Made by a program: the position numbers and the translations under genes. Positions 1 to 8,169 of a DNA stretch of 64,000 bases are shown here, piece after piece. The DNA lies in IMG/VR virus record IMGVR_UViG_3300032829_000002, positions 1 to 64,000 of that record; one strand, 5' to 3'. Position 1 is the stretch's first letter; every line of letters starts with the position of its first letter. The notes under the pieces are model-generated. The model saw only the letters and a program-made list of their open reading frames with translations, was not told the origin of the DNA and ran no database searches. This DNA comes from an uncultured virus (IMG/VR IMGVR_UViG_3300032829_000002) (Duplodnaviria; Heunggongvirae; Uroviricota; Caudoviricetes).

Positions 1-1
1 C

Positions 2-1552
2 CTACGTCGCAACTTGGACTTCTTCTTGGAGTCCTTCCGCGGCAGCAACTGCATTCGGTTCGATCCGACGATCTGGGTGACTTCGAACCCGATCATCCCC
101 GTGCCTCGGTTGTGGGGAGAGTACAACTACCTCGACAACCGTCCGACGATCGAAGCGAACTTCGGCATCCCCGTCGAGTTCACGCTGGATGACCTCGCGC
201 AGCTTCCGACGAGCATCGACTACCTCTCCGCCGTCCGCGGAATCTGGTACGCGTTCCTCAACGGACCGACGATGTTCAACCTGCGGGCAGGTACCCAGAT
301 TCTTCTGGGGCTGCCGTTCGCAGAAGTGGCCGGTACGATCACCGAGATCCGTACGGACTTCTCTCCGACGCAGGGGCGCATCTTGGTGCAGGACACCGAC
401 CCGCCCAACCTCGTACGCTCCTATCACTACCCGGCGGTTCTCGCGCTCGAGACCAACCCGTCGACCGGTGTGGCGTACGCCGTCGGTGACACCGTTCAGC
501 CCTTCGCGCCTCTTGTGAAGGGCGCCGATGTCATCGACTACGTCAAGCAGCCGAACTGGTTCCAGGGGTGGATGAACCAGGGCACGTTCTACGAAATCGA
601 GAAGTTCTTCCGTTTCATCGTTCGAGTCGACAGCGCTGCGTTCACGCTGCCCTCGTTGATGTTCGTGCAGAACTTCATCAAGCGCGTCAAGCCCACGTAC
701 ACCTTCCCGACGTTCATCGTCGAAGCTCGAGTCGCAGACGCGGAAGTCACGACGACAGATCTCTACGAGCAGCAGGGCATTCTCGATCTTCAAGACGGTG
801 CGATGTTCTCCGTGCCTGGCACGGTGACCGCGTTCGATGTTCCCGATCCTTCTCCTGGCGTGCTCGCGGCGCCTGGCGGTCCGATCAACATGCTGACCGG
901 CAACGCCACGGGTGCGTACCAGAACGCGTACGACACCGACACGGCGAGCATGCAGGGAAACACGCTGCCGACGAGCCCGACACCCGACGCGGCGACGTCG
1001 TTCGGTTTTGATCGACCGATGACGGCAGACCAGCAGATGGTCGGCATCGCAACAGAGACGTGGGGAGGCGGCACGCCCACCGTCGACAGCGTCTTCCGTT
1101 TCGACATCCCTGCCATCGACGACAAGGGAATCACGTTCGGTCGCAAGCACGTCACTTCCGTTCCATCGGCAGGACTCGCGCTCGAGGACCCGGTGACGAT
1201 GGGCGCGGGAGCGACCTACAACGTTCTCGTGCTCATCTACAACGGCGATCCCGGAGCGACGAGTGACGCATTCCGCCTGCGCATCTTCAAGAATGCCGTG
1301 CAGGTCATCGACGTGGCTTTTACGCTCGCGGCGCCTGGCGGAGTGCTACCCTGGGCGACCTTCTTGCCGACGGTGATTCCTGCGATTACGGTGATCGCCG
1401 GCGACGTCATCACGGCGTCCCTCGTTCCGGACGGCGGTGGAAATCGCCGTCCTTACTTGCACGATCTGGTCGTGGCCCTCTGCCACGGTACCGTGTTTCA
1501 GGTCGACACCATCCTGCCGGCGGGCAACTACTACACGCACAAGTCCCTATGA
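2..1552 (+). CDS. Putative baseplate wedge / tail-associated structural protein, 5'-truncated by the window edge
   Basis: The frame is open from the window start. It contains 'FVQNFIKRVKPTYT', resembling the xxxxKPAHT motif of P2 gpI-like baseplate wedge proteins, followed by a beta-rich C-terminus, and lies among tail genes. Confidence 0.55.
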   Translation, partial: LRRNLDFFLESFRGSNCIRFDPTIWVTSNPIIPVPRLWGEYNYLDNRPTIEANFGIPVEFTLDDLAQLPTSIDYLSAVRGIWYAFLNGPTMFNLRAGTQILLGLPFAEVAGTITEIRTDFSPTQGRILVQDTDPPNLVRSYHYPAVLALETNPSTGVAYAVGDTVQPFAPLVKGADVIDYVKQPNWFQGWMNQGTFYEIEKFFRFIVRVDSAAFTLPSLMFVQNFIKRVKPTYTFPTFIVEARVADAEVTTTDLYEQQGILDLQDGAMFSVPGTVTAFDVPDPSPGVLAAPGGPINMLTGNATGAYQNAYDTDTASMQGNTLPTSPTPDAATSFGFDRPMTADQQMVGIATETWGGGTPTVDSVFRFDIPAIDDKGITFGRKHVTSVPSAGLALEDPVTMGAGATYNVLVLIYNGDPGATSDAFRLRIFKNAVQVIDVAFTLAAPGGVLPWATFLPTVIPAITVIAGDVITASLVPDGGGNRRPYLHDLVVALCHGTVFQVDTILPAGNYYTHKSL

Positions 1553-2049
1553 GCGAACAAGAAGCCCCGAAGAAGGAGTTCAAGCTGCAAGGTCACACGA
1601 CCTTTCAGGGACTTCCGATCGCTATCGAGAATCGTAAGGGGTCTGTCCGTAGCGGGGTCGACAAGACCACGGGGAAAGAATGGCGTACGGTCATGAAGAA
1701 CCCGTACGGCTACGTGAAGGGGTCGAAGGGCGCTGACGGAGAAGGCGTCGATGTCTTCCTCGGGCCGCACAAGGACGCGACAGAAGCGCACGTCGTGCAC
1801 CAGCACAAGCCTTCGGGCAAGGGGTACGACGAGGACAAGGTGATGCTCGGGTTCAAGAACCGGGAGCACGCCATCAAGTCGTACCTGGCGCACTACGACA
1901 GTCCGAAGTTCTTGGGGCCGGTGAAGTCGGTGCCGATGGAGCGGCTGAAGCAGCTTCTTTCGTCGGGCAAGAAGCTCGTGAAGATCTCCTCTGCGACATG
2001 GTTGGGGTTCCTCGACGAGTTCGGTAAGATTCAAGAGGCGCGAGGCTGA
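1549..2049 (+). CDS. Phage inorganic-pyrophosphatase-like (InPase) domain protein
   Basis: 'FQGLPIAIENRKGSVRSG...W...M..PYGYVKG..GADGEGVDVFLGP...YDEDKVMLGF' matches the InPase domain of phage polyvalent proteins. ATGA overlap with the upstream gene. Confidence 0.8.
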   Translation: MSEQEAPKKEFKLQGHTTFQGLPIAIENRKGSVRSGVDKTTGKEWRTVMKNPYGYVKGSKGADGEGVDVFLGPHKDATEAHVVHQHKPSGKGYDEDKVMLGFKNREHAIKSYLAHYDSPKFLGPVKSVPMERLKQLLSSGKKLVKISSATWLGFLDEFGKIQEARG

Positions 2050-2050
2050 C

Positions 2051-2710
2051 ATGCGGCTTTCCGAAATCATCGAGGCGAAGTCCAACCTGCACATCACCGT
2101 GCGAGAGCGCGGGAAGATCGTTCGCCGGCACAAGGGCCACAACATCTGGGTCAACCTCGGTCGTGGCTATCTTCCGCAGCTCATCGCGTACCAGTCGCTC
2201 CCTGCATCTGGCGTCGTTTCGCCGGTCGTCGCGCAGGAAGATCGTCGTGTTCGCTACCTCGGGTTCGGCATCGGCGGCACGCGACAGCTTCAGCTCACGA
2301 TCGCGAACAATCCGCCGTACTCGAACTACTACCCCGGTACGAACACGCAGACGGACACGGACGCGACGGTCGTGCAGCTCGAGCGCCCAGTGCGCTTCTC
2401 GAGCCCGATTCCTGGCTCTCCGGCGCTTCCGCCGTACGACGCAGGCGACGTGTGGCTCGGGCAGGTTGCTGCGCCGGCGGTGCACAACACGGCGACGTCG
2501 GTCACCTTTCAGCGCATTGTTTCGGAGTCGGAGATCAGCTACGGGCCGTTTCTCTCCGTGCCTCTCTCGGAGATCGGTCTGTTCCTGCACTCGACCAATC
2601 CGAACTACATCAACGTCTACAACAACACGTTCATCGCATACGACACCTTCGACACGATCTCGAAGACGAGCGCATTCGCCCTCGAGGTTCTGTGGACGAT
2701 CCGGTTCTAG
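2051..2710 (+). CDS. Tail/baseplate-associated structural protein (paralog of 7489-7980)
   Basis: HNIWVNLGR...GIGG...SEIGLF...FDTISKT...LEVLWTIRF pattern, typical of small tail-fibre-proximal proteins. Confidence 0.55.
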   Translation: MRLSEIIEAKSNLHITVRERGKIVRRHKGHNIWVNLGRGYLPQLIAYQSLPASGVVSPVVAQEDRRVRYLGFGIGGTRQLQLTIANNPPYSNYYPGTNTQTDTDATVVQLERPVRFSSPIPGSPALPPYDAGDVWLGQVAAPAVHNTATSVTFQRIVSESEISYGPFLSVPLSEIGLFLHSTNPNYINVYNNTFIAYDTFDTISKTSAFALEVLWTIRF

Positions 2711-2719
2711 GAGCGCGGC

Positions 2720-4675
2720 ATGACGACCTTCCATCGCCTCACCGTCCCCACGTACTACGGCGGCCTTCCTGGTGGGTACGACTACATCAACAACGCGATC
2801 TCCGGAACGCCTGCGGCGGCCGATGGTGCGAAAGTCGGTGGTCCCAACGCCGGTACGTACTTCGTCGCCTTCGGTGAAGACGCGACGAGCGCCGACATCA
2901 ATCGTCCGAACAGCGCGCTCGCGCAGAACACCGACCACCTCGACGACTTGATGCATCGAGACATCGCGTCGTTGACGCGGACAGCGGATGTCACTCCAGG
3001 CTCTCCCGTTGCGAGTGTCACGATCACCGGTCCCGGCATCTTCGTTGGCGGTATCGGAGACACTCTGCTCGACCTCTTCCACGTCACTGATGCGAACGAC
3101 GACGACATCGATGTCTCTGGCACCAAGATCGTGGTGTCCTCGATCGGACCCGATGCGCTCGGCGCGGGCTTCTCCGTCGGCAACCTCACCGTGACGTTCA
3201 ACGTCTCGATCCCGACGGGTCAGACATACCGCATCTACTACGGGCAGCGCGCGAACCTCGCGACGCTTCCAGCAGACGCCTTCATGAACATGCGCGTTCG
3301 TGGCGCCGTCGCTGTCGATGCCCAGGTCGAAGAGCTCTTCCGTCAGCTCCATGGAAACGGAGAGGCGTGGAATGCGGCGTGGGACAACACGATCTACGGC
3401 CTCAACCAAGGCGTGATCGCAAACGCAGCGGACATCACCACGATCAAGTCTCAGCTCGCGGCTCTCCACGGCAACGCCGAGGCGTGGAACGCTCCGTGGG
3501 ACAACACCATCTACACGCTGGATCAAGCCGTCAGTACGATCGAGACGCTCCTCGTGTCGCTGCACGGCAATGGAGCCTCGTGGCCGCTCTCGTCGTGGAA
3601 CAACACCGTCTACGACATGAACCTTGCGCAGATGGAGCTCCCGCCGCTGAACTTCGGTTCGGCGGTCAGCACGGCCGCGTTGAACATCAAGCGTGGGTAC
3701 TTCTACGCGGTGGACCAGCAGTGGTTCGCAGTCGGTGACGGCGGCAACGACTACCTCGTGACGTCCCCCGACTTCGGCAAGTCGTGGATCAGCCTCGTCG
3801 GTCTTCTCGGTGCTTCGCTGCCCTTGATCGACGTGTCTGCACAGACGACGGGCAACGTTCTCTCCATCCTTTGCAGCGGCACTCGTACGGTCTACTCCGG
3901 AGCGCGTTCGGCGTACCACACGTACACGTTCGCTTCACACGTGAACGCCGTCAGTCACAGCGTGTCGGATGGACGACTCGCGTGGGAGAACACCGCGGCG
4001 TTGTTCATCGCAGCGTACCGCTCGGGCGCCTCCGGCATCTACGTCGACACCTCTCCGGACAGCGTGACGTGGACGGCGCGCGCAGTGCCCGCAGCGTGGA
4101 GCGGGTACACGGGAACGGCGGCCACTCCGCAGATGAAAGCGATTCCCGGACGCGTCATCGCAGCCTTCCTCGATGACACCGCGGCGCCGACGGCGAAGAT
4201 CAACATCATGTACTCGACCAACGGCGGCGTGGGTTGGACGAACGTCCAAGTCAACCTCGACGTCGCGATGTCGGGAGCTACCTCGCACGTCGCGCACCCG
4301 ACGTACGATCGCTCGACTGGGTACTGGTACGTCCTCGTCTACGACACGATGGCGCAGGTCTCGATGATCTTGCGATCGACCGACGGCGGCGTGTCTTGGT
4401 CGAATCTCGTGACGACTCCGACGATCACGGGGTACCTCACGTCGATCGCGGCGCTTCCCGGCTGCCGCGTCTTCCTTTCGAACGACCACCGCGTCATCGT
4501 GACGAGCGACGACACGCACTACTACTTGGTCGGACAGAACGTCGAGACCAACACGGTCATCCTCGACTTGCGCGAGGGTGGCGGTGGCCTGATGGTTTGG
4601 AACCCCGCGGACAAGACTTCGTGGGCGTCCAGTCGTCTCGGCAACAACTCGAGCTCGTGGGGCGTCATCATCTAG
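2720..4675 (+). CDS. Tail fibre / receptor-binding protein with internal repeats and a C-terminal Asp-box (BNR) beta-propeller
   Basis: Asp-boxes SPDFGKSW, SPDSVTW, STNGGVGW and STDGGVSW; three LHGN..W...W(D/N)NT(I/V)Y repeats; GGAG RBS. Confidence 0.65.
   Translation: MTTFHRLTVPTYYGGLPGGYDYINNAISGTPAAADGAKVGGPNAGTYFVAFGEDATSADINRPNSALAQNTDHLDDLMHRDIASLTRTADVTPGSPVASVTITGPGIFVGGIGDTLLDLFHVTDANDDDIDVSGTKIVVSSIGPDALGAGFSVGNLTVTFNVSIPTGQTYRIYYGQRANLATLPADAFMNMRVRGAVAVDAQVEELFRQLHGNGEAWNAAWDNTIYGLNQGVIANAADITTIKSQLAALHGNAEAWNAPWDNTIYTLDQAVSTIETLLVSLHGNGASWPLSSWNNTVYDMNLAQMELPPLNFGSAVSTAALNIKRGYFYAVDQQWFAVGDGGNDYLVTSPDFGKSWISLVGLLGASLPLIDVSAQTTGNVLSILCSGTRTVYSGARSAYHTYTFASHVNAVSHSVSDGRLAWENTAALFIAAYRSGASGIYVDTSPDSVTWTARAVPAAWSGYTGTAATPQMKAIPGRVIAAFLDDTAAPTAKINIMYSTNGGVGWTNVQVNLDVAMSGATSHVAHPTYDRSTGYWYVLVYDTMAQVSMILRSTDGGVSWSNLVTTPTITGYLTSIAALPGCRVFLSNDHRVIVTSDDTHYYLVGQNVETNTVILDLREGGGGLMVWNPADKTSWASSRLGNNSSSWGVII
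3347..3620 (+). repeat. Three intragenic repeats LHGNxxxWxxxW(D/N)NT(I/V)Y
   Basis: Copies start at about 3347, 3464 and 3560 (39- and 32-codon spacing). Confidence 0.85.
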
Positions 4676-4684
4676 CGAGGGGCC

Positions 4685-5428
4685 ATGGGCTTCACGATTC
4701 CCGATCGCGTTGATCAATCGATGACGGGGTCGCAGTTTGTGGCCTCGATCTACCAGAACATGGGGCAGGTGCGAGAAGACGCGATTCTTCAGCAGCTCGC
4801 GCTTGGCAATGTCCCGAGCTTCATGCGGATGCCCTTTCAGGTGAGCTTGACCTCGGGCAGTCACTGCGTCGTGCTCGACGTGCTGCCCGACTACTTCTGC
4901 ATCGGAACGGATGACGACTTCATCCGAATGCCGATGTGGCCACGAACGGCCCAGCTCATCGCGGACAGCTTCGACGCGACGTTGCCCACGCGCAGGGTCG
5001 TCGATCAAATCTGGAGGCTGGCCGAGATTCAGGTCACTCCGCGTCCGCTGGCGCCCACCACGCAGATGGTCAGCACCGACGCCTTTCAGCGGCACAACGT
5101 CATCATCGAGCAGCAGCGCGCGGGGCGCGCGGGCATGCTTGCGGGGCACAAGAAGGACATCGTCCTCACTCCGCAGCTCGTTCAGCATCCGAAGCACGTC
5201 GCCATTTACGGGTGGCACGAGCTCACCGGGCACCCGATTCAGCCGCTGAATCCCGTCAGCCATTCCGACACCTACGTCGACTACAGCCACGGCGTTCGGC
5301 TGATCGCTCGAGACGTTTTGCTCGATGGACAGCCCGCGCGGTTCGAGACCATCCTGCAAAGCCCTGATTTGTGCGACTTGGTCAGCGATGAGGGGATATC
5401 GACATTTCTGCGGTATCCTACAGCCTAG
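4685..5428 (+). CDS. Conserved hypothetical protein, candidate cell-envelope hydrolase
   Basis: Enzyme-like motifs 'GHKKD', 'VAIYGWH', 'IQPL', 'H..TYVDYSHGVRL'; GAGG RBS. The function is inferred from context only. Confidence 0.45.
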   Translation: MGFTIPDRVDQSMTGSQFVASIYQNMGQVREDAILQQLALGNVPSFMRMPFQVSLTSGSHCVVLDVLPDYFCIGTDDDFIRMPMWPRTAQLIADSFDATLPTRRVVDQIWRLAEIQVTPRPLAPTTQMVSTDAFQRHNVIIEQQRAGRAGMLAGHKKDIVLTPQLVQHPKHVAIYGWHELTGHPIQPLNPVSHSDTYVDYSHGVRLIARDVLLDGQPARFETILQSPDLCDLVSDEGISTFLRYPTA

Positions 5429-5430
5429 CC

Positions 5431-5697
5431 ATGCCGCAGATGAGTGCGTACGAGGCGGGGTTGACCCCTGAAGAACGCGAGGAGCTCTACGCGCGCCGCG
5501 CGGAGCTGCCCGTTCGACGCTCGATCCTCGGCAACCCCTACACCGTTCGCGGTGCTCAGGCCGGCATGGCGCGGCAGCACCCCTTGGCAGCCATCTTCTT
5601 GTCGACGCTTCTAGGTCAGCCGAAGTATGCTACCGCGTTGGCGACAGGATTCGGGTCGGAGCTTGCTCGTATCGTCGCCTCGAAGGGAGACCGATGA
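5431..5697 (+). CDS. Hypothetical protein (88 aa)
   Basis: Fills the gap between neighbours; ATGA overlap with the next gene. Confidence 0.55.
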   Translation: MPQMSAYEAGLTPEEREELYARRAELPVRRSILGNPYTVRGAQAGMARQHPLAAIFLSTLLGQPKYATALATGFGSELARIVASKGDR

Positions 5698-7502
5698 GCG
5701 CTGCTTTTTCCGTACAGTCGAACGCACGAGAGGCGAACAGCCGTGCAAAGTGGGACCAGCTCTGGAGCGAGGAAGGTCGCTCGAGCTGGCGCGGTCAGGC
5801 GTTGGCGGACGTCTACAACCGTATCGTGGAGCTCACGCCAACCGGGTCGTCCGTGCTCGATGTCGGTGGCGGAGTCGGCATCCTTGCCAGCCTGTTGAAG
5901 GAGCAGGGCTGCGCGGTGTCCGTTGCAGATCACAGCGCGGCCGCGCTCGCGCAGGCGCGAGAGGCAGGACTGCCGACGTGGCCCGTCGATCTCGAATCCG
6001 AAGATCTTCTGCTGCCGATCACCTCCGTCTTCATCGCAACGGAGGTCATCGAGCATCTCTCCGAGCAAGCGCGAGAGCGACTCTTTCGCCACGCCGCCAA
6101 GAGCCAGTACTGCTTCTTCTCAGTTCCGAACGATCGTCTCGGTCCGGACGAAGAAGAGCAGCACACGATCAAGTACACCGCGAAGAGCTTCCTCGAAGAC
6201 TTGAAGAAGCACTTCGAGTTCGTGCGCGTCGAATGCATGGGGCCTGTGCAACCGGACACGCGGGCGCCCGCCTTCCTGCTCGGTGTCTGCGGCTTCCCGA
6301 AGAACTTCAAGATGAGCGTGACGCTCCCCGTCCGTGACGAAGAGGCAGACCTCGCGCTCACCTTGGCGTCTTTCCGTGGCGTGGCCGACGAGATGGTCGT
6401 CGGTGTCGATCCGCGCACGGTCGACAAGACGTGGGACATCGCCGAGAAGTACGCGGACGTCGTCTTCTTCCTCGAGAGCCCGGAGGGCAAAGGGGAGGAG
6501 AAGGTGAAGGCGACCAACGGCGTTCACTTCGGCAACATCCGCAACCAGTGCATGGACCGATGCACCGGGGATTGGATCTTCATGACGGAGGGGCACGAGT
6601 ACCTTCTGTCCGGAGTCAACGAGCTCTTGTCGCTCGATCGTCTTCCGCAAGAAGTGAAGGTCGTCAGTGTTCTGCGCACGGGCGGTCCGGCGGGCAATCG
6701 TCAGCGATGGGGCTTCCCGTGGCTTTGCCGCAACGATCCGAAGATTCGCTACAAGCGCTCGACGCACAACATCCTGTCGTACCCCGAGGGGTACCGTGAC
6801 GACGTCGGTCTTCCGAACGTGCAGACACTCCACGAGCGTGTTCACGAGCGTGAGGTGTCCCGTGCTGTGCAGCGCCGCGCGCAGAACCGCATCACGCTCA
6901 TGGACGACTGGCTTCACAACCAGAACGAGCAGTCGCTCTACTACTTGGCCATCGAGTGGCGCGAGCATCACCCGGAGCGCGCGATGGACCGCCTGCGGGA
7001 GTTCCTCTCCCTCAAGCGCAACAACGGCCCGATGCGCTACAACGCGCGTCTCGTTCTGGCGAAGATGCTCGCGCAGCAGGCCAAGACCTTCAAGGAAAGC
7101 GAGCCGGCGAAGTACCTCGAGCTGATGCTCGAGGCACGGCAGACGCTTCTCGAGTGCGTGTCGGACGACTGGACGCGCACCGATCATTGGGTCTGGCTCG
7201 GTGACTTGGCCTTCGAGCTCGATCGCTTCGAAGAAGCCCTTCAGTTCTACCGCTACGCGTCCCTCGGAATCGGACGTCCGCCTTTCACGATGTGGTGGAT
7301 CGACCTGTCGTACTACTCGTACATCCCGGCGATTCGTCTCGCGATGACGTACGGAGCGCTCCACATGGACCAGGAGGCGCTCTTCTGGGCTCGCAAGGTC
7401 TTGGAGATCTACCTCGAAGAAGGGGACATCCCTCAAGAGATGATCGATGAAGCCAAGCAAAACATCACCCTTCTGGAGGAGTCAGGTCATGGACAGCAGT
7501 GA
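5694..7502 (+). CDS. Class I SAM methyltransferase - GT2 glycosyltransferase - TPR fusion protein
   Basis: N-terminal 'VLDVGGGVG' SAM motif and 'EVIEHL...SVPN'. Central GT-A fold 'SVTLPVRDEEADL...ADEMVVGVD...DKT...FGNIRNQCMDRCTGDWIF'. Helical TPR-like C-terminus 'WVWLGDLAFELDRFEEALQFYR'. Confidence 0.8.
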   Translation: MSAAFSVQSNAREANSRAKWDQLWSEEGRSSWRGQALADVYNRIVELTPTGSSVLDVGGGVGILASLLKEQGCAVSVADHSAAALAQAREAGLPTWPVDLESEDLLLPITSVFIATEVIEHLSEQARERLFRHAAKSQYCFFSVPNDRLGPDEEEQHTIKYTAKSFLEDLKKHFEFVRVECMGPVQPDTRAPAFLLGVCGFPKNFKMSVTLPVRDEEADLALTLASFRGVADEMVVGVDPRTVDKTWDIAEKYADVVFFLESPEGKGEEKVKATNGVHFGNIRNQCMDRCTGDWIFMTEGHEYLLSGVNELLSLDRLPQEVKVVSVLRTGGPAGNRQRWGFPWLCRNDPKIRYKRSTHNILSYPEGYRDDVGLPNVQTLHERVHEREVSRAVQRRAQNRITLMDDWLHNQNEQSLYYLAIEWREHHPERAMDRLREFLSLKRNNGPMRYNARLVLAKMLAQQAKTFKESEPAKYLELMLEARQTLLECVSDDWTRTDHWVWLGDLAFELDRFEEALQFYRYASLGIGRPPFTMWWIDLSYYSYIPAIRLAMTYGALHMDQEALFWARKVLEIYLEEGDIPQEMIDEAKQNITLLEESGHGQQ

Positions 7503-7980
7503 TATCAACGACAACGTCGAGCTTCTCGGTGGGTACGTCGACATCGAAGTGATCCGCGACGGCCACAACGGCCCCGAGGTCATCGATCGACGTCGCACCC
7601 ACAACCTCATCGTCAACACCGGCAAGCGACAGCTCTGGCGCCAGGCGACGGGATTGAACGCCAAGGTGTTCCAGTTCCTCCGCATCGGCACCTCGAGCCA
7701 GGCGGCGAACTCGGGTCAGACGAACGTCACGAGCCCGGTGACCGGAACGCTCAAGACATGCGACTCGAAGACGTTGCTCTCCGGCACGCGCACCATGCAG
7801 TGGGTCATCAGCTACCCGAGCGGTGGCGGTACCAAGAGCGCGACCAACATCCAGGAAGTGGCGCTGTTCAACCAGCACACCTCGCCGGGCGGCTCGGCGC
7901 TGATGCGCGCGACGTTCACGTCGGTCAACAAGACGACGCACGACAAGCTCCGCATCACCTACAGCGCTCGCATCTCGTAA
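7489..7980 (+). CDS. Tail-associated structural protein (paralog of 2051-2710)
   Basis: ATG at 7489 after a GGAGGAG RBS; HNLIVNTGK...IGT...QEVALF...FTSVNKT...LRITY. Confidence 0.6.
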   Translation: MDSSDINDNVELLGGYVDIEVIRDGHNGPEVIDRRRTHNLIVNTGKRQLWRQATGLNAKVFQFLRIGTSSQAANSGQTNVTSPVTGTLKTCDSKTLLSGTRTMQWVISYPSGGGTKSATNIQEVALFNQHTSPGGSALMRATFTSVNKTTHDKLRITYSARIS

Positions 7981-8159
7981 TGGCCGACGACAACGTCGCT
8001 GCCACCGATCAAACGGTCGTGGGGTTGGCGCCGGCAGTGCCCGCGCGCCACCCCTGCGAACGTTGCGGCAGAGAGACCAAAGAGCACACGAAGGACGAGG
8101 AGGGACGGCCGCGTCGCATCTGTGCGATGCCTCTTTGCCGGCACGTGCGGCTAGCATAG
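7980..8159 (+). CDS. Small Cys-containing (zinc-ribbon-like) protein, 59 aa
   Basis: TAATG stop/start overlap; CERC...CAMPLC. Confidence 0.5.
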   Translation: MADDNVAATDQTVVGLAPAVPARHPCERCGRETKEHTKDEEGRPRRICAMPLCRHVRLA

Positions 8160-8169
8160 GAGAGCGGTC

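Noticed and set aside
1874..5359. Long antisense ORFs (for example 1874-3919, 3935-5359, and also 37602-39479, 50196-51770)
   Set aside because: These are Arg-rich shadow frames produced by high-GC codon bias opposite well-supported genes, with no motifs.
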